Source: Escherichia phage iGC_PHA_EC001
Length of the DNA stretch: 64,000 bases
Sequence record: OR437326.1
Reading direction: 5' to 3' (one strand)
Shown: positions 55,186 to 62,870 of the stretch, in pieces
How the letters are laid out: each line of letters begins with the position of its first letter
Numbering within the stretch: the stretch's first letter is position 1
Notes under the pieces: generated by a model
Seen by the model: only the letters and a program-made list of their open reading frames with translations
What the model was told of the DNA's origin: nothing
Database searches by the model: none
Translations under genes and position numbers: made by a program

Positions 55186-55544
55186 TTGACGTTCAAATTA
55201 TGCGCAACGAAAGAATGGACTTCTTTGAAGCAGTAGAGAAACATCTGATCAGATGGGACTATGAATTTGTTCCTGCTGGATGTGGACCAGTAGAGCATTT
55301 AGCGGAAGACGACGATGTATACATGATCATTCGTCAAGTGTACCAGACAGACCAGTGTGAAGAAACTCCCGAACTAATTTTGTTTGAGTGCAAAGATCTT
55401 GCAAAATATTTTGACTATGGCGGAAAAGAGGGTCATAATCTCTCCAGATACAATAAACGTCTACTTATCTTAGACTACATGCGGAACAACAAACACAAAC
55501 TCATCGACGCAGACGCAGTTTATGGCTACTGGTGGATGGACTAA
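55179..55544 (+). CDS. Hypothetical protein
   Basis: 121-aa ORF. Confidence 0.3.
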   Translation: MLVDVQIMRNERMDFFEAVEKHLIRWDYEFVPAGCGPVEHLAEDDDVYMIIRQVYQTDQCEETPELILFECKDLAKYFDYGGKEGHNLSRYNKRLLILDYMRNNKHKLIDADAVYGYWWMD

Positions 55545-55737
55545 CAAAGGAGAAACTATGGCACGTTTAGCAGATCATGAAATCTTTAAACCTATTCTGA
55601 ACCACTATGATGAACTTAAAGCAGTGTTGGATTGTTATAAAGAGGATGAAGAACGCTTGGAAGTCAATCTTAAGATAGTTCTGATGAAAGCTTTTCAAGA
55701 CGGGCAAGCTAAAGTCTTAGAAGGTATGAAAAAATGA
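55522..55737 (+). CDS. Hypothetical protein
   Basis: 71-aa ORF. Confidence 0.3.
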   Translation: MATGGWTNKGETMARLADHEIFKPILNHYDELKAVLDCYKEDEERLEVNLKIVLMKAFQDGQAKVLEGMKK

Positions 55738-56276
55738 GAATAACTGACGAATATGTATTCTTCTTTTCACATAAAGATGTTTTTAGTAATTGGTATATTG
55801 CACCCTTTACAGAAACCGAACCAGGTTACAATCAGACATTTAATTGTGTCGAACAATACATGATGTGGCGTAAAGCTTTGCTTTTTAATGACCACAACAC
55901 TGCACAGGCTATTCTGACTCATAGTTTGATACGGAAAGATGAGAAGATCCAAGCTTATTACAAACGTATGGGTAGGGCAGTGTCGGATTTTGATAACAAT
56001 ATGTGGGAAGAGAACCGTGAGCGTATTGTTATGCGAGGTTTATGCTTGAAATATGTACAGAATCCAGATTTGTATGCAGACTTACACCTTTACCAATACA
56101 AAACGTTTGTTGAAGCAAGCCCCTACGATAAGGTTTACGGAATTGGAATGGGGATGTATGAACCAGGGGTGCTAAACCCTGCCACCTGGAAAGGACAGAA
56201 TCTTTTAGGCAAATATCATAATAAACTGATCGAAATACTTTTCCCAGACAAAATACCGCAAAGACGATATTTGTGA
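55734..56276 (+). CDS. NADAR-domain (YbiA-like) protein
   Basis: VFFFSHKDVFSNWY..PF..x..FNCVEQYMMWRKALLF..x..NPDLYADL..x..EASPYDKVYGIGMG matches the NADAR family pattern. Confidence 0.6.
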   Translation: MRITDEYVFFFSHKDVFSNWYIAPFTETEPGYNQTFNCVEQYMMWRKALLFNDHNTAQAILTHSLIRKDEKIQAYYKRMGRAVSDFDNNMWEENRERIVMRGLCLKYVQNPDLYADLHLYQYKTFVEASPYDKVYGIGMGMYEPGVLNPATWKGQNLLGKYHNKLIEILFPDKIPQRRYL

Positions 56277-56330
56277 TATTTTAACTTTTTTCATTTTTAG
56301 AACAAAGGTGTCACTTTGTAGCACAGAAAT

Positions 56331-56368
56331 AAGGCTCCTACAGCACCGTAGAGAGCCTGTTATTTTGT
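56331..56368 (+). terminator. Rho-independent terminator ending the + gene block
   Basis: AGGCTC-ctacagcaccgtaga-GAGCCT hairpin followed by GTTATTTTGTCC. Confidence 0.5.
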
Positions 56369-56520
56369 CCTATACAAACCCTTGTCTTTTTCAGTTTGCA
56401 TCACTAGGATTCGATCTGAGTGGGTTCCTGAAGGTCTGCCAATAAGATTAAAGGTTATCTCAAACTCCCATTACCTATTATCTCAAAAATCCCTCAAATT
56501 ATTTAAACTTTTTAAGAATT

Positions 56521-56566
56521 TACAAAAGTGAAAGTTGAAAACCAAAATTTAAAGTTTAGGAAAATT
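56521..56566. repeat. AT-rich direct repeat, copy 1 (iteron-like)
   Basis: TACAAAAGTGAAAGTTGAAAACCAAAATTTAAAGTTTAGGAAAATT; about 80% identical to copy 2. Confidence 0.45.
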
Positions 56567-56658
56567 ATCTTAAAATGTCAGATACAAAACAAAACTCAAA
56601 AGTCAAGGAAAATTTTAAAAATTTTGCGCGCCCACAGTATTTAAAGTTTTTTTGCTTT

Positions 56659-56704
56659 TACAAAAATGAAAGTACAAAAGCAAAATTTAAAGTTTACAAA
56701 AATT
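56659..56704. repeat. AT-rich direct repeat, copy 2 (iteron-like)
   Basis: TACAAAAATGAAAGTACAAAAGCAAAATTTAAAGTTTACAAAAATT. Confidence 0.45.
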
Positions 56705-56714
56705 TATGCAGATG

Positions 56715-56825
56715 GGAATGAGAAGAGTTCTCATATGGAAATGCAAATGATAATGATTCGCATTTAGGTTTATAAATGAGATTGATTCTTATTTGATAAG
56801 GTAAATGATAATCATTCTCATTTAG
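56715..56825. promoter_or_regulatory. Cluster of Fur-box-like palindromes
   Basis: AATGAGAAGAGTTCTCAT (56717..56734), AAATGATAATGATTCGCATT (about 14/19 to GATAATGATAATCATTATC), AATGATAATCATTCTC (about 16/19 including an exact AATGATAATCATT 13-mer). Confidence 0.4.
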
Positions 56826-57055
56826 AGAATGACGCGCAGGGGCGGTGTTTGTCTCGCGCTCCCGTGTCCCCTCGCCATGTAATAAGAATAACAGATCCAG
56901 CCAGGAAAGCAAGCGATTATTTTATCTTTACATTTCTTTACAAATATATAGCGCCCAGCCTACCGGCGATCAACCTTCCAACCAGTGCCCCTGGTATGTT
57001 AGCCCCGCCTTTACGCCGTGGGGTGGCGCTTCCTCTTCTGTATGTAAAACAGTAT

Positions 57056-57095
57056 AAGCCCGATCCCTGGGCTTGTCAAGATTATTTTTTGTTTT
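57056..57095. terminator. Bidirectional terminator
   Basis: AAGCCCGATCCCTGGGCTT hairpin; T-run ATTATTTTTTGTTTTC on + side; lies at the 3' end of - gene 57082..57348. Confidence 0.5.
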
Positions 57096-57348
57096 CTTGC
57101 CAGGTCAGGACACCTAGCCAAAAATGAATATCACCTTTTCCCCAATGTGGTATATTGCTTTCTTTCCCACCTTCACGCGCCCAGGTAAAACCGCCCGTGT
57201 AACTTTGTAATTGATAACTATCCTCGACCTTATAATCTGATAGGTTGAGAACGGTTTCAACCTTTAAGCCCGTTGCGCTTGCTACCTGGTGCACCGTGCC
57301 GCCTTGCCAGCCCAATGAGTGCATAAGATGTAATGTAGTATTTGTCAT
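57082..57348 (-). CDS. Hypothetical protein
   Basis: 88-aa ORF, the only - strand gene in the early region. Confidence 0.3.
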   Translation of the reverse strand: MTNTTLHLMHSLGWQGGTVHQVASATGLKVETVLNLSDYKVEDSYQLQSYTGGFTWAREGGKESNIPHWGKGDIHFWLGVLTWQENKK

Positions 57349-57456
57349 GGTGTCGCCCTTTCTTTGTTGTGCGCCCTGGTTGGCGCGGTAGAAAGATGAT
57401 AGCCCTTTCCTTTATATATAGCAAGCAAAAAGAAAATAAAAAAGATTGAAAAAGTG

Positions 57457-57514
57457 GTTGACGTTCGCCAGGTGGCGGCATAATATTTACCACGTAGCGC
57501 GGCAATGGTGCCGC
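57457..57514 (+). promoter_or_regulatory. Early promoter plus 5' stem-loop cassette
   Basis: TTGACG, 17 bp, TAATAT, then hairpin GCGGCAATGGTGCCGC, then GGAG and ATG. Confidence 0.5.
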
Positions 57515-57535
57515 TCACTATTTGGAGTTAAGATC

Positions 57536-57733
57536 ATGGCAACATTGCACATTGTGGCGAAAGCTGGACAAATCAACGTAATAGTAAACGGTTTTACTGA
57601 GTTCAGTCATCCCCAGGATGATCATGAAACGGTTTTATCTTTCATTGATTCCCTGTTAGAAATGGGAGTCATTACAGAAGACCAGCACGCTACAAAATGC
57701 AAGCGCGTTAATCAAATTGCAGGGATAGAATAA
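57536..57733 (+). CDS. Early hypothetical protein
   Basis: Start set at ATG 57536 downstream of the cassette (the listed 57446 start would run through the promoter). Confidence 0.4.
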   Translation: MATLHIVAKAGQINVIVNGFTEFSHPQDDHETVLSFIDSLLEMGVITEDQHATKCKRVNQIAGIE

Positions 57734-57739
57734 AAAGTA

Positions 57740-57798
57740 TTGACAACAAACAACAACCTGATAAGATGTATCACATAGGGCGGGAAGTGGTTTCCCGC
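57740..57798 (+). promoter_or_regulatory. Early promoter plus 5' stem-loop cassette
   Basis: TTGACA, 16 bp, TGaTAAGAT extended -10, hairpin GGGCGGGAA-gtggt-TTCCCGC. Confidence 0.55.
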
Positions 57799-57823
57799 TC
57801 GTAACAGAAGAGAGATTATCATC

Positions 57824-58096
57824 ATGGCATCATATAGCGCAACAATGATCGTAGCTGGCACAACTGGTAAACCTATGAGCGGTGTCGGATCTTTCGCTAA
57901 TATCAATATTGACGGGCGTTTATCCCTGGACGCAGCGATTGCCATTGCACGGGAAACATTTAAGAAAGAATGTAATTTCAACAAGCAAGATTATCTCGGT
58001 TTCGCTATTGAAAAAACCGCGCGCTTTGTTGATTATAAAAGCCCGAAAATGGTTGATACTACACTAAAAGCGCAAGATGTAGCGTTTTTGCTTTAA
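57824..58096 (+). CDS. Early hypothetical protein
   Basis: 90-aa ORF after cassette; AGAGAG site. Confidence 0.4.
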   Translation: MASYSATMIVAGTTGKPMSGVGSFANINIDGRLSLDAAIAIARETFKKECNFNKQDYLGFAIEKTARFVDYKSPKMVDTTLKAQDVAFLL

Positions 58097-58099
58097 GGC

Positions 58100-58156
58100 T
58101 TGACATTAACGAATAATTTGTTAATATGTTACATAAAGCGGGAATAGTTCCCGCTA
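58100..58156 (+). promoter_or_regulatory. Early promoter plus 5' stem-loop cassette
   Basis: TTGACA, 16 bp, TAATAT, hairpin AGCGGGAA-tag-TTCCCGCT. Confidence 0.55.
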
Positions 58157-58172
58157 TTTGTAAGGTGGTAGA

Positions 58173-58430
58173 ATGTTTTACATCAAATTAAAAGGTCACG
58201 TGATCGCGTTCAAAGATAACGCTTTTTACAGATTAGCAAAATATGCGTTAATACATCCCCACTATGTTTATATAAGGGGGCGTGACGAAATAAATATCTT
58301 TGATCAAACAACATGCGAAAACATCGAGATCCGCAAGGTTGGCGTACGTGATTATCGTACATCTTTCTACCCTTGCAAGGATTCAGCAAGTCTTTTTAAG
58401 GTATGTCAATTGTTGAAAAAAGGTGGTTAA
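58173..58430 (+). CDS. Early hypothetical protein
   Basis: 85-aa ORF after cassette. Confidence 0.4.
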   Translation: MFYIKLKGHVIAFKDNAFYRLAKYALIHPHYVYIRGRDEINIFDQTTCENIEIRKVGVRDYRTSFYPCKDSASLFKVCQLLKKGG

Positions 58431-58431
58431 T

Positions 58432-58989
58432 ATGGGCCGCGAATATGTGATCCAGTCTTGGGTAAAACATGAAGCAGATGATCCGCGCATCATTCCCGAT
58501 CATCTTATCGATGAATCCACGGGATATAGCGGTGAGCAAATAGGTAACAGATTAGCACGTAGTAACGGCAACATAAAAGCGCGTTATGTGCGCCCTGGCT
58601 GGCTGGCAAATGGTAACGCTGATTTATCCAGTGCGGAAGATGCGAGCGACGGCGCGAAAGATAATCCTTTGTACAAAATTGATCCGGCTTTTCGTGTCCT
58701 GGATGAATACCCCAGCAAGATAGCGGCGCTTGATGAAGCATTGGAAAGTAAGCGCATCTCCTGGACCGCTTACAACATGGCAAAAAACGTACTTGATGGT
58801 AAATTGATTCAAGCTGAAAGAAAATTAGCCAAAATTGCAGCCATAGCCCAGGAGGAAGACGAGGAGACAACGGAAGAGGAAGAGTACGAAGAGATCCCGC
58901 CGTTGTTGTGTGTTGATGCTTTTCCTGATTATCAGCCGACAGAGGAAGAAAAAAGGATCGCACTAGAAAACTTTGAAAATAGTCTTTGA
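58432..58989 (+). CDS. Early hypothetical protein with acidic C-terminal region
   Basis: ATG 58432 after AAAGGTGG; 185 aa. Confidence 0.4.
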   Translation: MGREYVIQSWVKHEADDPRIIPDHLIDESTGYSGEQIGNRLARSNGNIKARYVRPGWLANGNADLSSAEDASDGAKDNPLYKIDPAFRVLDEYPSKIAALDEALESKRISWTAYNMAKNVLDGKLIQAERKLAKIAAIAQEEDEETTEEEEYEEIPPLLCVDAFPDYQPTEEEKRIALENFENSL

Positions 58990-59044
58990 CATATCGCCGC
59001 CACTGGCATAATATTTACCACGTAGGGCGGCAATGGTGCCGCTC
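58986..59044 (+). promoter_or_regulatory. Early promoter plus 5' stem-loop cassette
   Basis: TTGACA, 17 bp, TAATAT, hairpin GGGCGGCAATGGTGCCGCTC. Confidence 0.55.
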
Positions 59045-59071
59045 ATAGTGAAATTATGCAAGAGGTTTACA

Positions 59072-59167
59072 ATGATTGATAAAGAAAATAGCTTGACGGT
59101 TGGAACGATTAACGCTATCATTCTTGCCGTTCCATTTTGGATTGTATTAGCGGCTATTATTTTCTAA
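59072..59167 (+). CDS. Possible 31-aa hydrophobic peptide
   Basis: Short ORF MIDKENSLTVGTINAIILAVPFWIVLAAIIF between two cassettes; below the ORF-track size cutoff. Confidence 0.2.
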   Translation: MIDKENSLTVGTINAIILAVPFWIVLAAIIF

Positions 59168-59176
59168 AAAATATTC

Positions 59177-59237
59177 TTGACAACGTTTTTTAATCTGATA
59201 AGATGTATCACATAGGGCGGCGGAATACTTCCCCGCC
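59177..59237 (+). promoter_or_regulatory. Early promoter plus 5' stem-loop cassette
   Basis: TTGACA, 16 bp, TGaTAAGAT, hairpin GGCGGGGAA-gta-TTCCGCCGCC read on either strand. Confidence 0.55.
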
Positions 59238-59258
59238 AAAACAAAAAAGGGTAACACA

Positions 59259-59621
59259 ATGAGCAAGCAAATCAATACTATCATGTTTAATCTGGTATCT
59301 TTCCGCGATGATATGAAAAATTTACCACGTGAAACGGTTGATATTCATGTTTCAGCTTATCGCGCCCTTATTGATATGTTACCGCTAAAACGTGATCAAC
59401 ATGCCGCTAATATGATGCTTAATGCTATGCTTAAAAAGATGATTCAAACGGATCTTACTCTGGCGTATGAGTATCAAGGGCGCTTATATGCTACTTACAA
59501 CAAAGCGGTACCTGGTCTGGGAAGTACCGAAGAGTTGCACGGCTTAAACCTGGATCAAAACACTTGGGATAGTATGCGCCGCGTTATGGTATGGGCCGAA
59601 AGCGGTAAAATTTACGAATAA
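59259..59621 (+). CDS. Early hypothetical protein
   Basis: 120-aa ORF after cassette. Confidence 0.4.
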   Translation: MSKQINTIMFNLVSFRDDMKNLPRETVDIHVSAYRALIDMLPLKRDQHAANMMLNAMLKKMIQTDLTLAYEYQGRLYATYNKAVPGLGSTEELHGLNLDQNTWDSMRRVMVWAESGKIYE

Positions 59622-59626
59622 AAACG

Positions 59627-59685
59627 GTTGACACTGTTTAAAATTCTGGTATAGTTTATCACGTAGGGCGGCAATGGTGCCGCCA
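59627..59685 (+). promoter_or_regulatory. Early promoter plus 5' stem-loop cassette
   Basis: TTGACA, 17 bp, TGgTATAGT, hairpin GGCGGCA-atg-GTGCCGCC. Confidence 0.55.
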
Positions 59686-59704
59686 ATAATGAAAGGTTAA
59701 CATC

Positions 59705-59884
59705 ATGGCTATCATTGCAAAAACTGAGATTATAGGTTTAGATCCGATCCTCCTGGCTTATGAGGAAACTTTAAAAATGTATGTAGTGACCTATGGTGAT
59801 TATGTGCGTGAATACGAATACATTGATCTTGCTTTCGAATGTTACATTCGCCAGGTCAATAAAGCCTATAACGATTATCGTTAA
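59705..59884 (+). CDS. Early hypothetical protein (59 aa)
   Basis: ORF after cassette, below the ORF-track size cutoff. Confidence 0.35.
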   Translation: MAIIAKTEIIGLDPILLAYEETLKMYVVTYGDYVREYEYIDLAFECYIRQVNKAYNDYR

Positions 59885-59902
59885 AAGTTTTAGTCTTATA
59901 CT

Positions 59903-59931
59903 ATTGACAATGAGTGATAGTATAAGCATAA
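59903..59931 (+). promoter_or_regulatory. Early promoter (no GC stem-loop; degenerate cassette)
   Basis: TTGACA followed by AT-rich -10 region (TATAAG/CATAAT) upstream of 59980. Confidence 0.35.
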
Positions 59932-59979
59932 TAACTTTTATCGGGAATACTCCTAACTAATCAAAAGAGATTAAAGACT

Positions 59980-60345
59980 ATGGCTAAAAATATCAATGTT
60001 TCTGCTTATGCTACCCTGGCTAACACTGCTAAAATTGAACTATCCAGCATTGAAGCGGTACATATTAGCGCCCGTCGCTGGTTTCAAAAGTCTTATGGTA
60101 ATACTTATTTCTCTTTGATGGTTGACGTTGAGATCGGCGGTAAACTGATCGAAGTGGTTAACGTTCCGTTTCAATATGGCTATGGGGATCATTTTGATAC
60201 CGTCGCCCTAGAAGAGTTTAGCAAGGTTATCAACCTGGAAGGTAAAGAGTTTTCAAATTATGCCTACCTTTCCCGTTTTTGCCGTGACAATGGGATCACT
60301 GTATACAGTCATGCGAGCGATGTAAAACGTAAAAAAGATTTATAA
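59980..60345 (+). CDS. Early hypothetical protein
   Basis: 121-aa ORF. Confidence 0.4.
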   Translation: MAKNINVSAYATLANTAKIELSSIEAVHISARRWFQKSYGNTYFSLMVDVEIGGKLIEVVNVPFQYGYGDHFDTVALEEFSKVINLEGKEFSNYAYLSRFCRDNGITVYSHASDVKRKKDL

Positions 60346-60351
60346 AAAGCA

Positions 60352-60411
60352 TTGACAGCACGAATAAAAAGAGTAAACTGTATTACATAGAGAGCGGGAA
60401 CACTTCCCGCC
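60352..60411 (+). promoter_or_regulatory. Early promoter plus 5' stem-loop cassette
   Basis: TTGACA; GAGTAAACTGTATTACATAG box; hairpin GCGGGAA-cac-TTCCCGC. Confidence 0.55.
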
Positions 60412-60434
60412 TCACTGAAAAAGAGAGAAAAATC

Positions 60435-60674
60435 ATGGCTAAATCTAAAATGTACAACGGTCACAAAAACAAAACTCATTGGAATGTAAGCCTTTGGATT
60501 AATAACGATGAATCGTTATACCGGTTGGCCCAAGATTTTATTAACGCTAATGCTAATCGTAATGATGCGGCGCGGGATATGATGCTTTTTCTGGAACAAA
60601 CTGGACAAGATAAAACGCCAGACGGTTTCAAATATAGCACTACTGCGATCCGTGCCGCGATGGTTGGAATGTAA
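60435..60674 (+). CDS. Early hypothetical protein
   Basis: 79-aa ORF after cassette. Confidence 0.4.
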   Translation: MAKSKMYNGHKNKTHWNVSLWINNDESLYRLAQDFINANANRNDAARDMMLFLEQTGQDKTPDGFKYSTTAIRAAMVGM

Positions 60675-60684
60675 TAAAAACAGT

Positions 60685-60744
60685 TGACAACGTTTAAAAT
60701 TAGTGTAAGATGTATCACATAGGGCGGGAAGTGGTTTCCCGCCA
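60685..60744 (+). promoter_or_regulatory. Early promoter plus 5' stem-loop cassette
   Basis: TTGACA; GTGTAAGATGTATCACATAG box; hairpin GGGCGGGAA-gtggt-TTCCCGCC. Confidence 0.55.
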
Positions 60745-60764
60745 AAACAGAGAGATTAAAGATT

Positions 60765-60992
60765 ATGGCTATCAATATTGTTCGCGTATCCGGCACCGTT
60801 GGCACTTCCCAGGTTATTGCAGTTGTAACAAACAAAAAGATTAATGATGTATGTGAGATCTTGAATAAGTGGGCTATTGCTAATTTTGGGGAATATGCAA
60901 GCGTCGAGTACATCGAATCCTACCAGGTGCCAACCATCAGCCTAACCGATCTCAACGTTGATCGCCTGTTATGCCTGGATGAATTGATCTGA
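60765..60992 (+). CDS. Early hypothetical protein
   Basis: 75-aa ORF after cassette. Confidence 0.4.
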   Translation: MAINIVRVSGTVGTSQVIAVVTNKKINDVCEILNKWAIANFGEYASVEYIESYQVPTISLTDLNVDRLLCLDELI

Positions 60993-61001
60993 AAAAGATT
61001 G

Positions 61002-61059
61002 TTGACACCGGAAAGAAAAAGAGTAAACTGTATTACGTAGGGCGGCAATGGTGCCGCTC
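61002..61059 (+). promoter_or_regulatory. Early promoter plus 5' stem-loop cassette
   Basis: TTGACA; GAGTAAACTGTATTACGTAG box; hairpin GGGCGGCAATGGTGCCGCTC. Confidence 0.55.
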
Positions 61060-61082
61060 ACAACAAAAGAGAGATTATTACG

Positions 61083-61295
61083 ATGGCTAATATCCGCACA
61101 CTGTTAAAAAATGCAAGTCAAGTTTTATTTTCTGATCACGATCATTTTAATAAAGATATTACAGGCGTGAAGAATATCAAAGATGTAAAAAGTGTTATGG
61201 GTATATATTGCAATGTTAAACGTGTTGGAACTTTCGGTGATAAAGTATTGTACCAATCAGGGGATTACAATTTTACTTTGACAATTATTTCATAA
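61083..61295 (+). CDS. Early hypothetical protein
   Basis: 70-aa ORF after cassette. Confidence 0.4.
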   Translation: MANIRTLLKNASQVLFSDHDHFNKDITGVKNIKDVKSVMGIYCNVKRVGTFGDKVLYQSGDYNFTLTIIS

Positions 61296-61301
61296 AACCG
61301 C

Positions 61302-61363
61302 TTGCAATCTTAATAAAATAAAGTAAACTGTATTACATCAAGGCGGCGGAATGGTCCACCGCC
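61302..61363 (+). promoter_or_regulatory. Early promoter plus 5' stem-loop cassette
   Basis: TTGCAA; AAGTAAACTGTATTACATCA box; hairpin GGCGGTGGA-ccatt-CCGCCGCC read on either strand. Confidence 0.5.
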
Positions 61364-61387
61364 TAACAAAGAGAAGAGGAAAATATC

Positions 61388-61609
61388 ATGATCACTTTCG
61401 CTATTGTCGCCGTTGTCGCTGGTCAGGTTTACGTAAACGATACATTCACCACAGAAGACAAGGCCGCAGGAGACATAACCGCCGTTTACAACGAGTGCAA
61501 GGCAGTAGAAAGGATGTTAGCGCCTTGTATGTTAATGAGTGAACGCCAGGACGGGATAACAGTGTTTACTAACATTGAAACAGGGTACCAAATGGTAGTA
61601 ACAAAATAA
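61388..61609 (+). CDS. Early hypothetical hydrophobic/acidic protein
   Basis: 73-aa ORF with AGAGAAGAGGA site upstream; preferred over the overlapping Arg-rich frame 61351..61542. Confidence 0.4.
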   Translation: MITFAIVAVVAGQVYVNDTFTTEDKAAGDITAVYNECKAVERMLAPCMLMSERQDGITVFTNIETGYQMVVTK

Positions 61610-61612
61610 AGC

Positions 61613-61670
61613 TTGACACGGATTTAATTTTCAGTAAACTGTTACACGTAGGGCGGGAATAGTTCCCGCT
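61613..61670 (+). promoter_or_regulatory. Early promoter plus 5' stem-loop cassette
   Basis: TTGACA; CAGTAAACTGTTACACGTAG box; hairpin GGGCGGGAA-tag-TTCCCGCT. Confidence 0.55.
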
Positions 61671-61687
61671 AAAAAGAGAGAAAGACC

Positions 61688-62041
61688 ATGAAAGCACAAA
61701 ATGCAATTAAAGAGTACATCCTTGCCGCTATCGATTTTAATGATTACGGTATTACAACCGAAAAAGAGAAGATCGCGGAATTGATGCGCCGTTTTAATTC
61801 CGAGTACTGGTACCCTGATAATCAATCACGTTTTAATTATAGTATTGTTAAAGCACTTGCATCATGGTTACAAGGCTTGCCATCAGATATTAACATAGCT
61901 TTCGAATATTGGGAAATTGATCGTTTGTTAACATCCTGGGGATACATTAAAGAGAATAGCAGCGATGATAAAATCCAACGAGAAAGGGAAAATTATTGGC
62001 TTTATATTGCAGGCGTGATCCTTGCTTGCTCTTATGAATGA
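61688..62041 (+). CDS. Early hypothetical protein
   Basis: 117-aa ORF after cassette. Confidence 0.4.
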   Translation: MKAQNAIKEYILAAIDFNDYGITTEKEKIAELMRRFNSEYWYPDNQSRFNYSIVKALASWLQGLPSDINIAFEYWEIDRLLTSWGYIKENSSDDKIQRERENYWLYIAGVILACSYE

Positions 62042-62047
62042 TAAACC

Positions 62048-62102
62048 TTGACAATTTTACAAAACAGTTTAAATTAATAATATAGCGGCAATGGTGCCGC
62101 TC
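62048..62102 (+). promoter_or_regulatory. Early promoter plus 5' stem-loop cassette
   Basis: TTGACA, AT-rich -10 region (TAATAATAT), hairpin AGCGGCAATGGTGCCGCT. Confidence 0.5.
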
Positions 62103-62120
62103 ATATAAAGAGGAAACAAA

Positions 62121-62267
62121 ATGAATACATCTAATCGCGCAGAAAAAATTCAATCTTCCAAGATCCGCAAGGCCTGGAACGAGGAAGTGATCCGCAAAGG
62201 CGACAAGCGTAATAAAACAAAGCGCGGGAAGAGTGACAAATATAATTGGATGGATTTAGAGGATTAA
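62121..62267 (+). CDS. Early small basic protein (48 aa)
   Basis: ORF MNTSNRAEKIQSSKIRKAW..; AAAGAGGAAA site; followed by terminator. Confidence 0.35.
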   Translation: MNTSNRAEKIQSSKIRKAWNEEVIRKGDKRNKTKRGKSDKYNWMDLED

Positions 62268-62274
62268 CATAACA

Positions 62275-62302
62275 AGGGCGCACCAAGCGCCCTTTCTTTT
62301 TA
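62275..62302 (+). terminator. Rho-independent terminator
   Basis: AGGGCGC-accaa-GCGCCCT followed by TTCTTTTTAC. Confidence 0.55.
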
Positions 62303-62322
62303 CATGTAGAGGATAAACAAAA

Positions 62323-62508
62323 ATGACTTTAAACGAGCTTAAAACAGCCTACAACGCAACATTAAAAATAGCCGTGCGTTACCGTGACGAATACGGTTTT
62401 ATTGCGCAGGGCGTTATCCTGGGCTTTTCTGACGATGGTTTGATCTATGTTGATGCACATCACAACAAGGTTAAACCGGAAAACGTTATCAGTATAAAAT
62501 ATCTTTAA
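62323..62508 (+). CDS. Early hypothetical protein
   Basis: 61-aa ORF. Confidence 0.35.
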   Translation: MTLNELKTAYNATLKIAVRYRDEYGFIAQGVILGFSDDGLIYVDAHHNKVKPENVISIKYL

Positions 62509-62514
62509 AAGTGG

Positions 62515-62573
62515 TTGACACCATAACCGGACCTGTTAAACTGTATTACATCAGGCGGGGAATAGTTCCCACC
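62515..62573 (+). promoter_or_regulatory. Early promoter plus 5' stem-loop cassette
   Basis: TTGACA; TGTTAAACTGTATTACATCA box; hairpin GGCGGGGAA-tag-TTCCCACC. Confidence 0.5.
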
Positions 62574-62592
62574 ATACAAAAAGGTAAATATT

Positions 62593-62799
62593 ATGATCAC
62601 CGCAAAACAAGAAAAAATCATTATCGACGTTGCAGCCGTAGCCGCTATTGCTATTATCGGTACCTACTATGACACCGCGCGTCCTTCCTCCTTGCATGAG
62701 ATCGCCGCCGTTGCATCAGTTGGCGTACTGTTTTACGTTGGTAAACGCTATTTATCACCAATGATTAACAAGCTGACACCGTGGAAAAATAAAGGTTGA
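62593..62799 (+). CDS. Early small membrane protein
   Basis: 68 aa with hydrophobic IIDVAAVAAIAIIGTYY and IAAVASVGVLFYV. Confidence 0.4.
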   Translation: MITAKQEKIIIDVAAVAAIAIIGTYYDTARPSSLHEIAAVASVGVLFYVGKRYLSPMINKLTPWKNKG

Positions 62800-62852
62800 T
62801 CCTGTTTTATATTGTGTTATAGTTATCGTGTAGGGCGGCAATGGTGCCGCGC
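62796..62852 (+). promoter_or_regulatory. Early promoter plus 5' stem-loop cassette
   Basis: TTGATC; TGTTATAGT -10-like; hairpin GGGCGGCAATGGTGCCGCGCCC. Confidence 0.45.
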
Positions 62853-62870
62853 CCCTTTGAGGATGCAATC

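Noticed and set aside
57048-57076. Apparent leftward sigma70 promoter (TTGACA, 17 bp, TATACT) reading into the noncoding region
   Set aside because: Its spacer is the palindromic stem of the bidirectional terminator at 57056..57095; the terminator reading is more parsimonious, but a dual role cannot be excluded without transcript mapping.
56370-57100. Possible tRNA or other structured RNA gene in the noncoding region
   Set aside because: No acceptor-stem/T-loop (GTTCGAATCC-like) arrangement or cloverleaf could be found by eye on either strand; a covariance-model scan (tRNAscan-SE/Infernal) would be needed to be sure.
56845-57127. Two overlapping + strand ORFs (70 and 92 aa) in the GC-rich part of the noncoding region
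   Set aside because: Pro/Ser/Arg-rich low-complexity translations, two overlapping frames, no ribosome-binding site; region more likely noncoding.
61351-61542. 63-aa Arg-rich ORF overlapping 61388..61609 in another frame
   Set aside because: Its start lies inside the cassette hairpin and its translation is low-complexity (RRQGRRRHNRR); the alternative frame has a proper ribosome-binding site.
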